Shown piece after piece: positions 9,634-19,987 of a DNA stretch of 64,000 nucleotides. The position numbers were made by a program, and so were the translations under genes. The notes below the pieces were generated by a model that was not told where the DNA came from, did not search any database, and saw only the letters and a list, made by a program, of their open reading frames with translations. Source of the stretch: Deferribacteraceae bacterium (lineage in GTDB: Bacteria > Chrysiogenota > Deferribacteres > Deferribacterales > Deferrivibrionaceae); the NCBI GenBank assembly GCA_020054865.1, contig JAIHAR010000003.1, forward strand, positions 39,645 to 103,644, given 5' to 3'. How positions within the stretch are numbered: position 1 is the stretch's first letter; every line of letters begins with the position of its first letter.

Positions 9634-10545
9634 TTAGAAAGAGATTTTTATACAAAAGTCCTTAGTGGTGGATCGCCATTTTAGCTTGAATCTATTTTTA
9701 CTTAGGAGTTTTTCCGCAATGTTTAATCCAACGCCCAATCCCTTATGAACATCTTTAGAAGTATTAGAGTTGTTTATATTGTTTTTAATTAGAAGATATT
9801 TTAAATTTTTGTATAGCCCTGACTTTATTGTTATCCTATTTAAACCATAATTTTTTGTGTTATCGAATATCAAATAAAGGGCATTGTAGACTTCATCTTT
9901 TGTGCAGGTTGCATATATTTTTTTCCCATATTTTTTAATGTAAAATGAATTTTTTAAATCAAAATCCTCGATAATATTTTCAATTAGTTTAACAATATCT
10001 ACGTTTTCTTTGGAATATGAATTGATACTTAATTTTTCTGTTATTTTGCTAATGTTGTTCAGGTCGGTTTCAAGCATTTTGTTAATATTTACAAGTCTTG
10101 TGAGTGCGTCTTTTTTCCCTTTGTTTAATAGCTCAATATTTATTTTTGTGGTGGCGAGAAAGTTTCTCAACTTGTGTGAAAATACAAGGAATACTGCTTC
10201 GACAGTCTTTAAATACTGTTTTTCTCTGTCAAGTGTTCTATAAATTGTCAGATAATAAAGGATTGCTACAGAGAATATAATTATTATATCCCAGTATAAA
10301 AGAAGTAGCATTTTGTCCTTTATCTGATTTTTTATAAAATCTTCTTTAATATAGAAATAATTGGGTTTCTTGATTTCAAAAAGCACATAATTATTTTTTA
10401 TAGAACTATCGTTTACTATTTTTAAATAATCAGGTAGCGTAATTCTTATATTTTTTGATATAAGCTCCTGATACAGCATAATTTCTTTTTTTAAATTTTC
10501 TTCCGTCTGAAATTTAAAGGTTTGAATAAAAATAAAATTTATCAT
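9634..10545 (-). CDS. sensor histidine kinase
   Basis: 303 aa; one TM segment; H-box FSHKLRNFLA; C-terminal G-box GLGVGLNIA. Confidence 0.7.
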   Translation of the reverse strand: MINFIFIQTFKFQTEENLKKEIMLYQELISKNIRITLPDYLKIVNDSSIKNNYVLFEIKKPNYFYIKEDFIKNQIKDKMLLLLYWDIIIIFSVAILYYLTIYRTLDREKQYLKTVEAVFLVFSHKLRNFLATTKINIELLNKGKKDALTRLVNINKMLETDLNNISKITEKLSINSYSKENVDIVKLIENIIEDFDLKNSFYIKKYGKKIYATCTKDEVYNALYLIFDNTKNYGLNRITIKSGLYKNLKYLLIKNNINNSNTSKDVHKGLGVGLNIAEKLLSKNRFKLKWRSTTKDFCIKISF

Positions 10546-10601
10546 TGTTAGCCCTATGATAATTACGGTTATCAGAAAAAAGAAAAATTTTAATTCAAAT
10601 C

Positions 10602-11243
10602 TCAGGCTTTTAATTTATATCCCCTTCCTTTGTAGGTGATTATTGAATCTTCAGGGAGAATTTTACGTAAATTTTTTATATACGTTCTGATCGACTCTGT
10701 GCCAACGGGTTTGTCCCCCCAAACTCTTACAAGAATTTTTTCAAATTCGACAATTTCTCCCCTGTATCTGATTAATAGGCTCAGCAGTTCCCATTCAATT
10801 TTAGTAAGTGTAATCTCAATGTTATTTTTATAAAGTGTTTTTTCTTTTAGATTAATTTTTATATTGTCTATAGTTATGCAATCATCACAATAGACCCTTT
10901 TGGATAAAGCCTGTATTCTTAAAACAAGCTCCTTCGGGTCAAAAGGTTTTACGATATAGTCGTCACATCCGTTTTGGAAGCATATCTCCTTTGAGGCTAT
11001 GTCATCCTTAGCGGTAATAACTATTACCGGTATGTTAATGTTTTTATTCTTGAAAGTCCGAAGCAGGTTTTCACCTTTTTTGTCTTTAAGCATAAGATCA
11101 AGCAAAATAATGTCATAATTTTTAACTTCATAATATAAAGATTCATCAAAAGGGAAGCATATTTTCACTTCATACAATTCTTCCAGATACTCTTTCAATG
11201 ACTCAGCCAGTAAGATGTCATCTTCAATTATAGCTATTTTCAT
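10602..11243 (-). CDS. two-component response regulator, OmpR/winged-helix family
   Basis: 213 aa; receiver domain (IILLDLMLKDKKG) plus C-terminal winged-helix DNA-binding domain. Confidence 0.8.
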   Translation of the reverse strand: MKIAIIEDDILLAESLKEYLEELYEVKICFPFDESLYYEVKNYDIILLDLMLKDKKGENLLRTFKNKNINIPVIVITAKDDIASKEICFQNGCDDYIVKPFDPKELVLRIQALSKRVYCDDCITIDNIKINLKEKTLYKNNIEITLTKIEWELLSLLIRYRGEIVEFEKILVRVWGDKPVGTESIRTYIKNLRKILPEDSIITYKGRGYKLKA

Positions 11244-11533
11244 ATCTGTTTCATAACGGATTCTACTTTGTCAGACATTTTACCTGTTCTGTTTTTTCTG
11301 TAATCTATTTTTATGGAAATTGAAATTCTGTTGCAGTCATCAAGACTTTCAATGGCTTTATTAATAATATCAAATACTTGTGAAGTGTTTTCCCCTGCAA
11401 TGATTGTTCCCATAGGGGTCAATTGCCATTCAAGTCCGCTTTCTTTAATTACCTTTACTGCTTTTGAAACGTATTTGGAGACGCTTTCCCCCTTATCAAG
11501 TGGTGTTATACTTACATATGCCATAGCTTTCAT
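11240..11533 (-). CDS. MTH1187/YkoF (DUF77) family small protein
   Basis: 97 aa; family-typical size and pattern; 4-nt overlap with the response regulator start. Confidence 0.65.
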   Translation of the reverse strand: MKAMAYVSITPLDKGESVSKYVSKAVKVIKESGLEWQLTPMGTIIAGENTSQVFDIINKAIESLDDCNRISISIKIDYRKNRTGKMSDKVESVMKQI

Positions 11534-12289
11534 TTATGCCTCCTCATCTGTAAATAGTTTATCAAAATTTTTGTTATTTTTCCCGTTTATTTTTTGAAAA
11601 ATTGGCGGCTCGACTCTTAGTTCAATTTTCGCAGATTTTTTGAATTCAACAAAAACAAGTTTTGCCGGTTTGTCGATGTCAGGATGAAAAAACATTATTC
11701 TCTTCGGTTCAAGGTTGAAATTTCTGCAGTTTGCAAGAAGATTTTCTGTCAAGTCGGCATCATATGATATATAAAGGCTTCCTGAATTTTCAAGAAAGCT
11801 ATTGGAAAACCTGAATATATCATAAATATTCATCTCGGTATCAAATCTTGCTATGTTTTCATCAGTGCTGTTACAAACTTTACCAGTGTTAATTTTTCTG
11901 TAAGGTGGATTAGATATCATAAAGTCATATCTTTTTTCAGGTCTAAAGGACTTAATGTCTTCCCGAACAGGTTTTATAACATTTTTGCATTGATTTAATT
12001 CTATTGTTTTATTTAAACAGTAATACATACTCTGTTGGTACTCAAGTGCATCTATATTTTGAAATTGATGAATTTTGTGGAGTAGTAATGAGATAACTCC
12101 ACTGCCAGCGCCGATATCAAGTGCATTATTTATATTTTTCTTTTTAACAAACCTCACAAGAAGAACAGAGTCAAGGGAAAATCTGAATCCGTTTTTGGGC
12201 TGACAAATTTTATATTCATTATTTAAAATAGTATCTATTGTTACATCTGCCATAATGATATTAAATATATTATGGGTGAAAAATGACAA
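11534..12289 (-). CDS. N6-adenine-type SAM-dependent methyltransferase (YfiC/TrmN6-like tRNA m6A MTase)
   Basis: 251 aa; SAM motif LDIGAGSGVISL; catalytic NPPY motif (MISNPPYRK). Confidence 0.65.
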   Translation of the reverse strand: MSFFTHNIFNIIMADVTIDTILNNEYKICQPKNGFRFSLDSVLLVRFVKKKNINNALDIGAGSGVISLLLHKIHQFQNIDALEYQQSMYYCLNKTIELNQCKNVIKPVREDIKSFRPEKRYDFMISNPPYRKINTGKVCNSTDENIARFDTEMNIYDIFRFSNSFLENSGSLYISYDADLTENLLANCRNFNLEPKRIMFFHPDIDKPAKLVFVEFKKSAKIELRVEPPIFQKINGKNNKNFDKLFTDEEA

Positions 12290-12335
12290 GCAAAATTTTA
12301 AAAAAGCCCAGAATTCAAATTATCGCCAACATTGG

Positions 12336-12364
12336 TTGACCTTGTCGTAAATTTAATATATAGT
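12336..12364 (+). promoter_or_regulatory. candidate sigma70 promoter for tkt (TTGACC 12336-12341; 17-nt spacer; TATAGT 12359-12364)
   Basis: Good -35/-10 with optimal spacing 25 nt upstream of the tkt RBS. Confidence 0.4.
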
Positions 12365-12389
12365 TTCAGCAAAAAAATAAGGGGAAAAC

Positions 12390-14309
12390 ATGAAAAATAG
12401 AGGCTTTAGCGGTAAATTGAGCTTAGAAGAAAAAGAATCTTTGCAAAGACTTGCCACTGTTTGCAGAGGAGATATTTTAAAGATGACGACTCTTGCAGGA
12501 AGTGGCCATCCTGGCGGTTCAATGTCTTCAATTGACCTTTATCTTACAGTTTACAAATTTGCAAACATAACTCCTGAAAATTTTCGTATGATTGACCGTG
12601 ATAGGGTTGTGGTTTCGCATGGGCATACTTCACCCGGTGTTTATTCAGCTCTCGGGCGTAGTGGTTTTTTTAATATTGATGATGCAATTGCCTATTTCAG
12701 GCTTGCAGGCAGTATTTACGAAGGTCACATAGAAAGGATGGTTAACGGTGTTGAGTGGACTACGGGTAATTTAGGCCAGGGGCTTTCTGCAGCGTGCGGT
12801 ATGGCTATTGCGGGCAGGGCAAATAAACTTGATTACAATATCTATGTTTTTATGGGGGACGGTGAACAGCAGAAGGGGCAAATCAGTGAGGCAAGGCGAT
12901 TTGCGGTGAAGTATAATTTAAATAATATTACTGCAGTGGTTGATTACAACCGCCTTCAGATAAGTGGTGATATCGAAAAGGTTATGCCTCAAAATATCAA
13001 AGATGAATATATTGCTGATGGTTGGGTAGTTATAGAAATTGACGGGCACAATTTTGATGAAATATATGATGCATTTGTAAGGGCAAAGTCTATTGACAGA
13101 CCGGTACTTATTCTTGCCAATACCACAATGGGTAAAGGTGTGTCATTTATAGAAAATATTGCTGATTATCATGGTAAGCCCTTGAGTTTGGAACAGCTTG
13201 ATTTGGCTCTTAAAGAGCTTGGCGTTGAAAATGATATTGAAAAATATGCTAAAAAGAGAAAAGAGTTTGTTTATAATAAAGAAGAGCATAAAATTTTCCG
13301 ATACGACACTAAAATTCAAAAAGGGATGCCAAAAGTTTACCCGGCTGATGTAAAAACAGATAATAGGTCTGCTTTTGGTAATGCAATAGCGGACCTTATC
13401 CAACTTGCATCAATAAGTAAGGACTCAACTCCAATCGTTACATTTGACTGCGATCTTGCCGGCTCTGTAAAGCTTGATAAGGTAATGAAAGACTTTCCTG
13501 AGAACTTTATTCAGTCAGGTATTCAGGAGCACCATACTGCTGTTGCTGCCGGAGCTGCAAGTGTAAATGGGGTAATATCTGTTTTTGCAGATTTTGGAGT
13601 GTTTGGGGTTGATGAAACATATAACCAGCAAAGGTTAACCGATATTAATGATGGAAATTTGAAATTGGTAACGACTCATGTGGGCATTGATGTGGGGGAA
13701 GATGGGAAGACACATCAATGTATCGATTATGTGGGTGCAATGAGGAACATTCCCAACTTTAAAGTACTTGTCCCTGCCGATCCAAACCAAACAGACAGGC
13801 TTGTAAGATATGCAGTTGGTGAATATGGAAACTTTCTCGTGGCAATGGGGAGGTCAAAAATACAGGTTATTACAAAAGATGATGGCAGTGTATTTTTTGA
13901 TGAAGATTATGAATATTCTTACGGTAAAATTGATATTATTAGAGATGGAAAATATCCTTTGATTACATATGGTACTATGACTAACTATGCTTTAAAGGTC
14001 AGAAAAATTCTTTTGGATAAGGGGATTGAGCTTGCAGTTATCAATATTGCTTCCCCACTTGAGTTTGACATTCTGAGCCTTAAAAAATATATCGATAGCG
14101 GATACGTTTTTACGTATGAAGATCACCTCATTTTAAGTGGTGTTGCTGCTACTTTATCTATGAAAGCTATGGAGCAAGGTATTAGTTTTAAATTGAAGGC
14201 ATTTGGACCTTCAAACTATGCTTACTCAGGTAAACCGGATGATATATTCAAGTTGTTAAAACTTGATCCTGAAAGTGTAGCTAAATCAATTTTAGAAGTT
14301 TTAAAATAA
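12390..14309 (+). CDS. tkt: transketolase (single-polypeptide, short form)
   Basis: 639 aa; ThDP-binding motifs (GSGHPGGSMS, GDGEQQKG). Confidence 0.85.
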   Translation: MKNRGFSGKLSLEEKESLQRLATVCRGDILKMTTLAGSGHPGGSMSSIDLYLTVYKFANITPENFRMIDRDRVVVSHGHTSPGVYSALGRSGFFNIDDAIAYFRLAGSIYEGHIERMVNGVEWTTGNLGQGLSAACGMAIAGRANKLDYNIYVFMGDGEQQKGQISEARRFAVKYNLNNITAVVDYNRLQISGDIEKVMPQNIKDEYIADGWVVIEIDGHNFDEIYDAFVRAKSIDRPVLILANTTMGKGVSFIENIADYHGKPLSLEQLDLALKELGVENDIEKYAKKRKEFVYNKEEHKIFRYDTKIQKGMPKVYPADVKTDNRSAFGNAIADLIQLASISKDSTPIVTFDCDLAGSVKLDKVMKDFPENFIQSGIQEHHTAVAAGAASVNGVISVFADFGVFGVDETYNQQRLTDINDGNLKLVTTHVGIDVGEDGKTHQCIDYVGAMRNIPNFKVLVPADPNQTDRLVRYAVGEYGNFLVAMGRSKIQVITKDDGSVFFDEDYEYSYGKIDIIRDGKYPLITYGTMTNYALKVRKILLDKGIELAVINIASPLEFDILSLKKYIDSGYVFTYEDHLILSGVAATLSMKAMEQGISFKLKAFGPSNYAYSGKPDDIFKLLKLDPESVAKSILEVLK

Positions 14310-14314
14310 AAAAA

Positions 14315-14339
14315 GCGGCAGTATAAACTGCCGCTTTTT
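14315..14339. terminator. bidirectional rho-independent terminator (GCGGCAG-tataaa-CTGCCGC flanked by A5/T5)
   Basis: Perfect 7-bp GC stem between the convergent tkt (+) and NCS2 permease (-) genes, with an A-run and a T-run on either side. Confidence 0.8.
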
Positions 14340-15636
14340 AATTATTCAGATATAAAAATCTTAATATAAAAAGTAATGCCAGAATCCAGACAGGTGTGCT
14401 TACATCCCTGTATCTGCCGCTAAGAAGTTTTATAATGGGGTAAAATATAAATCCCAGTGATATTCCGGTAGCAATACTGTATGTAAAAGGCATTGAAACT
14501 ATAACAACAAAGGCTGGCAGACTTTCCGTAAAGTCATTCCAGTTAATCTGTACAACAGATTTTAACATCAGTGCACCAACAATAATAAGTGCTGGAGCTG
14601 TTGCAAACACGGGAATGGACTCTGCAAGTGGGGATATAAACATTGACAGTAAAAAGAGTGTACCGGTAACTACAGCTGTAAGCCCTGTTCTGCCACCGGC
14701 AGCAATTCCAGATGCACTTTCTATGTAAGTTGTAACTGTTGAAGTTCCTAAAACACTACCTCCAACAGTACCTATTGCATCGACGGTAAGTGCCTTATTG
14801 ACATTTGGAAATTCGTTGTTTTCCTTGATAAAACCTCCCTGCTTGGCTACACCTACAAGAGTCCCGGTAGTATCAAAAAGATCAACAAATAAGAAAGCAA
14901 ATATAATACCGAATATTCCAATATTGAGAGCACCTTTTATATCAAGATGCATAAGCACGGGTGTGATGTCAGGTGGAGTCCCTATTATACCTTTGAAATT
15001 GCTGAGTCCTGACAAAATTCCAATTAACCACATTATTAGCATTCCTATTAGAATGGCTCCCTTTATTTGTCTTGCCATAAGAGCGCCAATTAAGATTACC
15101 CCAACAAGTGATAAAAATGCATCAGGTGTAGTGATATTACCAAGCGATACAAGCGTTGCGGGGTTATCCACAATTATTTTTGCCTCTTGCATTCCGATTA
15201 ATGTTATAAACAGACCTATTCCACCTGCTGTGGCGATTTTTAGATTTTCAGGTATGGAGTAAACTATGACTTGTCTGACCTTGATAAATGTCAACAGCAA
15301 GAAAATTAATCCTGAAATAAATACAGCACCAAGGGCTGTTTGCCATGGATAGCCCATTTGCATAACTACCGTATAGGTAAAATAAGCGTTTAACCCCATG
15401 CCCGGTGCAAGCGCAAAAGGGTAGTTTACCAAAAAACCCATGAGAATAGTGGTAAGACCTGCAGAAAGAACAGTTGCCATCATTACAGCCTTGAAATCCA
15501 TACCTGTTTTTGACAAAATGGCGGGGTTGACAAATATAATGTATGCCATTGTCATAAATGTAGTAATTCCAGCAATAATCTCAGTTTTTACATCCGTTTT
15601 ATTTTCTTTAAGTTTAAATAAATTATCAAGCATCAT
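14338..15636 (-). CDS. NCS2-family nucleobase permease (AzgA-like purine permease)
   Basis: About 12 TM helices with xanthine/uracil permease family pattern; start trimmed to ATGATG at 15636 preceded by AAGGAG (ORF-track start 15681 has no RBS). Confidence 0.8.
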   Translation of the reverse strand: MMLDNLFKLKENKTDVKTEIIAGITTFMTMAYIIFVNPAILSKTGMDFKAVMMATVLSAGLTTILMGFLVNYPFALAPGMGLNAYFTYTVVMQMGYPWQTALGAVFISGLIFLLLTFIKVRQVIVYSIPENLKIATAGGIGLFITLIGMQEAKIIVDNPATLVSLGNITTPDAFLSLVGVILIGALMARQIKGAILIGMLIMWLIGILSGLSNFKGIIGTPPDITPVLMHLDIKGALNIGIFGIIFAFLFVDLFDTTGTLVGVAKQGGFIKENNEFPNVNKALTVDAIGTVGGSVLGTSTVTTYIESASGIAAGGRTGLTAVVTGTLFLLSMFISPLAESIPVFATAPALIIVGALMLKSVVQINWNDFTESLPAFVVIVSMPFTYSIATGISLGFIFYPIIKLLSGRYRDVSTPVWILALLFILRFLYLNN

Positions 15637-15720
15637 TACTCCTTTGATTTTTTTTGAACGAAGTAGCACAATTTGCGACAAAATTAAACAAAAAAAATCG
15701 TAATTGAGTATTGGATAGGT

Positions 15721-15746
15721 TATGAATCGAGATTCATACTTTTTTT
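15721..15746 (+). terminator. orphan terminator-like hairpin (TATGAAT-cgag-ATTCATA + T7) with no upstream plus-strand gene
   Basis: Perfect 7-bp stem with 4-nt loop followed by TTTTTTT; located in the 5' region of the minus-strand permease gene. Confidence 0.3.
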
Positions 15747-16158
15747 GCCAAAAGTGACGTATTTTTTAAACTAATAGTTAAATAAAAATGCCTGTTAAAT
15801 TGAGATGGAACTTACTGAAACAGTTATTTTTTTAATAATTGTGATAATAAACCAATTATTATGAAAAATCAATCATAATAAATTGAAAAAATATATAAAA
15901 ATGAAAATATCAACAAATTTAACAGTATAAAATTAATAAATACAAATCAATGATATTTTTAAATTAGTATATTAAAATTTATTATTACCAATATCTTATA
16001 ATTTATAAAATATCAATTATTATTGGCCTGTTGTGTAAACTATAAAAATATATCAATATAGGTATCTAATGAAAATTAAAATAATATTGATAGCATTATT
16101 GAATAAATCTATTAAATCTTTTGTTAATCGTATTGGAGATATAATTTGAAATTTTCTG

Positions 16159-16187
16159 TTTACAAGATATTAAAGTTGATTTATAGT
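16159..16187 (+). promoter_or_regulatory. candidate sigma70 promoter for maeB (TTTACA 16159-16164; 17-nt spacer; TATAGT 16182-16187)
   Basis: Correctly spaced hexamers about 35 nt upstream of ATG 16222 (RBS GGAGG 16213-16217). Confidence 0.4.
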
Positions 16188-16221
16188 TTATTATCTATTG
16201 AATAACAATATGGAGGACATT

Positions 16222-18516
16222 ATGTCAAAAAAATCAAAATTTACCAAAGAAGATGCACTTTTATACCATTCAATGGGCAGGAAGGGTAAAATTGAGGTAG
16301 TGCCTACAAAGCCTTGTTTTACACAGAAAGACCTTTCTCTTGCTTATAGCCCGGGAGTTGCTTTTCCATGTCTTGAAATTGAACAAAACCCTGAACTTGT
16401 TTACGAATATACAGCCAAAGGTAATCTTGTAGCCGTAGTTTCAAACGGTACCGCAGTTTTAGGGCTTGGAAATATAGGTGCTCTTGCAGGTAAGCCAGTT
16501 ATGGAAGGGAAGGGTGTTCTTTTTAAAAGATTTGCCGATGTGGATGTTTTTGATATTGAAGTTAATTCTCAAAATCCTGATGATGTGATTAAAGCCTGTG
16601 AGCTTTTGGAGCCAACTTTTGGTGGGATTAATCTTGAAGATATCAAGGCTCCAGACTGTTTCTATATTGAAGAGACATTAAAAGAAAAGCTTGATATTCC
16701 AGTATTCCACGATGATCAGCATGGTACTGCTATTATATGTGCTGCCGCACTTTTGAATTCTCTTGAAATTGTAAATAAGAAAATTGAAAATGTTAAGGTT
16801 GTGATAAACGGAGCTGGTGCAGCAGGAATTGCCATTGCAAATCTTATAGTTGCATTAGGTGTCAAGAAGGAAAACTTAATCCTTTGTGACACAAAAGGGA
16901 TTGTTTATAAAGGGCGAACAGAAGGGATGAATAAATATAAGGAGTTGTTTGCTTTAGACACAAATCTCAGGACTCTTGAAGAGGCTATGGAAGGTGCTGA
17001 TATATTCCTTGGGCTTTCTGTGAAAGGTGCTGTTACCAAAAAAATGGTACAGTCTATGGCGAGGAATCCAATTATTTTTGCTATGGCCAATCCTGACCCT
17101 GAAATTACTCCTGAAGAAGTGGCTGAAGTCAGGGGGGACGCTATAATGGGTACAGGACGTTCCGATTATCCTAATCAGGTAAATAACGTGTTGGGATTCC
17201 CATTTATTTTTAGAGGTGCACTTGATGTAAGGGCAAGGAAAATCAATGAAGAGATGAAAATTGCGGCAGTAAAGGCACTTGCTGAGCTTGCAAAAGAAGA
17301 GGTACCTGAGTCTGTATGTAAGGCTTATGGACTTAAAAAAATAGAATTTGGAAAAGATTATGTTATACCAAAACCATTTGACCCAAGAGCATTGACGAGA
17401 GTTGCTCCTGCTGTTGCAAAAGCTGCTATAGAAACAGGGGTTGCAAGGGTAACAATAACAGATTGGGACGCATATAAGGCTTATCTTGAGTCAAGACTTT
17501 CAATAGCAAAAGAGTTTACAAGGCAAATTATAAACAATGCCAAAGAAACACCTAAAAAAATCGTTATGCCTGAAGGTGAATATGATAAGGTTCTTGTCGC
17601 TGCACATAAAATTGTTGAAGAAGGAATTGGTACTCCTATACTTTTAGGAAATGAAGAGGTAATAAAAGCCAAGGCCAAAAAACATAATCTTTCTCTTGAG
17701 GGGATTGAAATAATAAATCCTGAAAAATCCGATAAACTTACCCAATACACAGAGTATCTGTTTAATTTAAGACAGAGAAAGGGGATGACCTATATTGAAG
17801 CTGAAAGAAGGCTTGTGAAAATATTCAACTATTTTGGCGCAATGATGCTTCTCAATGGTGATGCGGATTGTCTTTTGACAGGATATTCGAGGAGTTATGC
17901 TGATTCAGTAAAACCTCTTCTTGAAACTATTCCTCTTAAAAAAGGGTACAAAGTTCCATCTGGTGCATATTTTATGGTATTTAAAAACAGGGTAGTTCTG
18001 TGTGCTGATACCACTGTAAATATTGAACCTGATGCCGAAGCACTTTCTCAGATTGCTATTCAATCTGCAGAAACATGTAAAAAGTTTGATATAGAACCTA
18101 AAATTGCAATGCTTTCATTTACTAACTTTGGTAGTGTAAAGATTCCAAGGACTATGAAGGTTGCAGAAGCTATGAGGCTTGTAAAAGAGAAGGATCCGAC
18201 ACTTGTTGTTGATGGAGATATGCAGGCTGATACTGCTACATATCCTCCAATAGCTGAAGAAGCATTTCCATTCTCTGCTATTAAAGGGGATGCAAATGTC
18301 CTTATTTTCCCAAATCTTGAAGCAGGGAACATTGCTTATAAACTCCTTTACAGGTTGGGAAATGGTACTGCAATAGGACCTATTTTGCAGGGTTTCTGTT
18401 ATTCAGCTCACGTGTTGCAAAGAGGAAGCGATGTGGATGAAATAGTTAATATGGCTGCAATTGCTGTAGTTGATGCAGAATATAAGAGGGTAAACAAAGA
18501 TAAGCTCTGTAAATAG
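16222..18516 (+). CDS. maeB: NADP-dependent malic enzyme (malic enzyme domain + C-terminal phosphotransacetylase-like domain)
   Basis: 764 aa from the RBS-supported ATG; malic enzyme NAD(P)-binding motif ([11 protein letters not shown]); C-terminal PTA-like domain. Confidence 0.85.
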   Translation: MSKKSKFTKEDALLYHSMGRKGKIEVVPTKPCFTQKDLSLAYSPGVAFPCLEIEQNPELVYEYTAKGNLVAVVSNGTAVLGLGNIGALAGKPVMEGKGVLFKRFADVDVFDIEVNSQNPDDVIKACELLEPTFGGINLEDIKAPDCFYIEETLKEKLDIPVFHDDQHGTAIICAAALLNSLEIVNKKIENVKVVINGAGAAGIAIANLIVALGVKKENLILCDTKGIVYKGRTEGMNKYKELFALDTNLRTLEEAMEGADIFLGLSVKGAVTKKMVQSMARNPIIFAMANPDPEITPEEVAEVRGDAIMGTGRSDYPNQVNNVLGFPFIFRGALDVRARKINEEMKIAAVKALAELAKEEVPESVCKAYGLKKIEFGKDYVIPKPFDPRALTRVAPAVAKAAIETGVARVTITDWDAYKAYLESRLSIAKEFTRQIINNAKETPKKIVMPEGEYDKVLVAAHKIVEEGIGTPILLGNEEVIKAKAKKHNLSLEGIEIINPEKSDKLTQYTEYLFNLRQRKGMTYIEAERRLVKIFNYFGAMMLLNGDADCLLTGYSRSYADSVKPLLETIPLKKGYKVPSGAYFMVFKNRVVLCADTTVNIEPDAEALSQIAIQSAETCKKFDIEPKIAMLSFTNFGSVKIPRTMKVAEAMRLVKEKDPTLVVDGDMQADTATYPPIAEEAFPFSAIKGDANVLIFPNLEAGNIAYKLLYRLGNGTAIGPILQGFCYSAHVLQRGSDVDEIVNMAAIAVVDAEYKRVNKDKLCK

Positions 18517-18527
18517 GAGTGTATAAA

Positions 18528-18552
18528 GGGCAGGTTATCCTGCCCTTATTTT
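18528..18552. terminator. rho-independent terminator (GGGCAGG-ttat-CCTGCCC + T-tract)
   Basis: 7-bp GC stem followed by TTATTTTTTT, between convergent maeB and bioY. Confidence 0.7.
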
Positions 18553-19070
18553 TTTATATTTATTTTATTTGCAATTATACAGGCTATTATTAGTTTTATA
18601 AAATCAAAGCCGACAGGCAAGAGAAAACCCACCTTTAAAGCAGTAGTAAGTGGAAATGTTTTGTTTTGTATATGGTTTATATTGAAATATAGATATAAAA
18701 CGCCGATTGTGTAGATAACTACAAGTCCAATTAGCCCACCTAAAAGCTTCCCTTTTAATCCGCTGACTTTTTCTGAAATGAGACTTATAGGAATTGTGGC
18801 AAGCAGAAAACCAATGAGATATCCGAAAGTCGGCTGCAAAAAGTAAGACAAACCTCCGCCATTGGCAAATACAGGAAGACCAATAAGACCTAGCAGAATA
18901 TAGGTAAAAATTCCAGTAAATGATATTTTCAGACCAAAAATCATAGGTATAATGAGAACTATGAATGGCTGTAGAGTAATAGGTACGGGTTGAAATGGAA
19001 ATTTGATAAACGTACTTATTATCATTAGTGCTGTTGCAATGCCTGAATAGGCAATTCTTCTGTTATCCAA
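18546..19070 (-). CDS. bioY: biotin transporter BioY
   Basis: 174 aa; 5-6 TM helices; BioY-like pattern. Confidence 0.7.
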   Translation of the reverse strand: MDNRRIAYSGIATALMIISTFIKFPFQPVPITLQPFIVLIIPMIFGLKISFTGIFTYILLGLIGLPVFANGGGLSYFLQPTFGYLIGFLLATIPISLISEKVSGLKGKLLGGLIGLVVIYTIGVLYLYFNINHIQNKTFPLTTALKVGFLLPVGFDFIKLIIACIIANKINIKK

Positions 19071-19941
19071 GGCCTGCCTCCTTAATAATTTTTATCCCTT
19101 CTTTATAGCCAATTTCTACAATTTCTTTAGCTTTTGTAAAATCTGTTAACTTGTAATCATCAAGGTCTGGTTTTATCTCGATTATATTTTTCAAACCCTT
19201 AATTTTATATTCGTAAATACTTTCCTGCATAATTGCAATTGTTTGCACAAGTGTTTCCAGCATATTGGGGTATTTTATTTCTTCACTGTTATTCAGTTTA
19301 AATAATTGCTTAATCATTGAGTTAAAAGATTCGTTAATATTTTTCTTTTGGGATTGCTGTTTATTTATGAAATATTTTTTTATAAGTTTGTCTTTTATTA
19401 CAAATGGACCTACGTTTACAGCTATCTTTATATCACAATCTGATGGGAGAAGGTCAACTGGTACAGGGTTTTTTACGCCGCCATCTATCAGAAACATCCC
19501 TTCATGATACACCGGGATGAACACTCCCGGAAAGGATATACTTGAACGTATTGCTTTGATAATGTCCCCTTTGTTGAAGATTACTTCAAGACCGGTAAGA
19601 GAGTCTGTTGCCACACAGGCAAATTTTATTTTTAGTTCACTTATTTCTCTATTTTCGACAATTGATTCAAGGAAATCTTCTATCTTTTTGCCATCTACTA
19701 TACCAGCCCTTGAAAGCTTGAAGTCTACAAAATTTTTAAAAACAGAAAAATCAAGATTCAAGATAAAATCTTCAATGTTTTTTATCGGGTATCCTGAAGC
19801 GTATATACCACCTATAAGTGCTCCCATACTACTTCCGGTGATAGCATATGGCTGTAACCCGACTTCTTCAAATGCCTTTAAAATGCCAACATGCGCAAAT
19901 CCTCTTGCGGCACCGCTACCAAGAGCAAGCCCTATTTTCAT
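19063..19941 (-). CDS. patatin-like phospholipase
   Basis: 292 aa; oxyanion hole GSGAARG; nucleophile elbow GSSMG; catalytic DGG. Confidence 0.8.
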   Translation of the reverse strand: MKIGLALGSGAARGFAHVGILKAFEEVGLQPYAITGSSMGALIGGIYASGYPIKNIEDFILNLDFSVFKNFVDFKLSRAGIVDGKKIEDFLESIVENREISELKIKFACVATDSLTGLEVIFNKGDIIKAIRSSISFPGVFIPVYHEGMFLIDGGVKNPVPVDLLPSDCDIKIAVNVGPFVIKDKLIKKYFINKQQSQKKNINESFNSMIKQLFKLNNSEEIKYPNMLETLVQTIAIMQESIYEYKIKGLKNIIEIKPDLDDYKLTDFTKAKEIVEIGYKEGIKIIKEAGLG

Positions 19942-19987
19942 AAAATAAACCCCTACATTTTACTGAAGGATAATTTATAAATATGTT

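Noticed and set aside
9571-9636. 21-codon ORF (MEIAGFNEAGFFNVQILLVYI) inside the candidate sRNA
   Set aside because: No Shine-Dalgarno (the upstream sequence is the C-rich anti-SD tract) and it reads through the terminator hairpin; it is most likely non-coding.
15637-15760. Possible purine riboswitch in the leader of the NCS2 purine permease
   Set aside because: The minus-strand leader lacks the conserved purine-riboswitch cores (GUUUCUACC / CCGUAAAU-like junction sequences); it is only AT-rich spacer plus one hairpin.
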